Shown here one piece after another: positions 47,033 to 47,639 of a DNA stretch of 47,639 bases. This DNA comes from Sphaeroforma arctica JP610 (Eukaryota). The DNA lies in the NCBI RefSeq assembly GCF_001186125.1, contig NW_014040491.1:1-47639 (forward strand), in the 5' to 3' direction. The translations under genes and the position numbers were made by a program. How positions within the stretch are numbered: the first letter of the stretch is position 1; each line of letters opens with the position of its first letter. The notes under the pieces were generated by a model. It was not told where the DNA came from and did not search any database. It worked only from the letters and a program-made list of their open reading frames with translations.

Positions 47033-47639
47033 CGCCACTGCTGAATGTGACGTATCTCTGCTGAGGTACTGCCATTCGCCCGCATACTGGGTAGCAATCG
47101 CGACTATCCATATGTGGTTGCCCTGCAGGCCTGGTAGCATATCTCGTTGCACTAAGCTATAGAACTCTAGGCTAAAATACAAGCTCAGCATATGCTCCTT
47201 CGCTTCAGCCTGGTCGTCACCAAGATTGGTGAACGCAGGCGACGCCATCGCGCGACAGATTGATGCCATCCAGGCGTAAAAATCGTCACTTTTGTTGCCA
47301 TGCAACAAGTGACGCTGAAATCGCGTAGACATCTTGACTGGGTTCGAATTAATTATTCATTAACTAGTACACCACCGATTTACTACTATTGTGAGTTACG
47401 GATTTCACAGCTAGTTAGATACACACTTCGTTTAATAGTAGTATATTATTATGTTGGTGTAAGGGCTAGATTCTAATCCTGGGCCCAGATCTATATAGTT
47501 GATAATTTGTCAGTCTAATGATTTGGTTCACGGAATTCTAGTTATGGCACGTGTCAAAATAGAAAGCTCGGTACTACGGCACCTAGGGTCCCTAGGCCGG
47601 CACTGACGGGTCCTATGGCCCCTAGGCCAATCACAATAT

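Larger units (their letters stand above)
42837..47490 (-). mobile_element. Degraded Ty1/copia LTR retrotransposon with internal inversion; 5' LTR not seen
   Basis: Gag start at 47332 (-) (..LHGNKSDDFYAW). Gag C-terminus, protease, HHCC zinc finger and integrase lie on + (45350-47032). RT, RNase H, PPT and LTR lie on - (45349-42837). PBS-like TGGGCCCAG at about 47479-47487. Many stops and frameshifts. Confidence 0.88.

Overview
Eukaryotic nuclear DNA with GT-AG spliceosomal introns and the standard genetic code. Gene style suggests a unicellular opisthokont or holozoan-type genome, but the taxon cannot be established from sequence alone. From left to right: (1) an unclassified, decayed TE ORF cluster abutting a degraded Helitron RepHel (DUF6570-like) remnant; (2) low-complexity and tandem repeats; (3) a two-exon mitochondrial glutamate-carrier-family (SLC25) gene, followed by a decayed duplicate of its last exon; (4) a 13-exon, multiply disabled gene for a secreted protein with calcium-binding EGF repeats, Cys-rich modules and a C-terminal domain resembling bacterial PEP-CTERM-associated surface domains; (5) an intronless SWAP/SURP splicing-factor-like gene with EEGEI motifs, head-to-head with (6) a 26-exon UTP20 gene (~2,990 aa) whose introns hold a micro- and a minisatellite and a candidate structured RNA; (7) a solo LTR with an internal duplication; (8) a degraded Ty1/copia element whose gag-PR-IN middle is inverted between 98-bp inverted repeats. 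All family assignments come from manual motif recognition; no searches were run.
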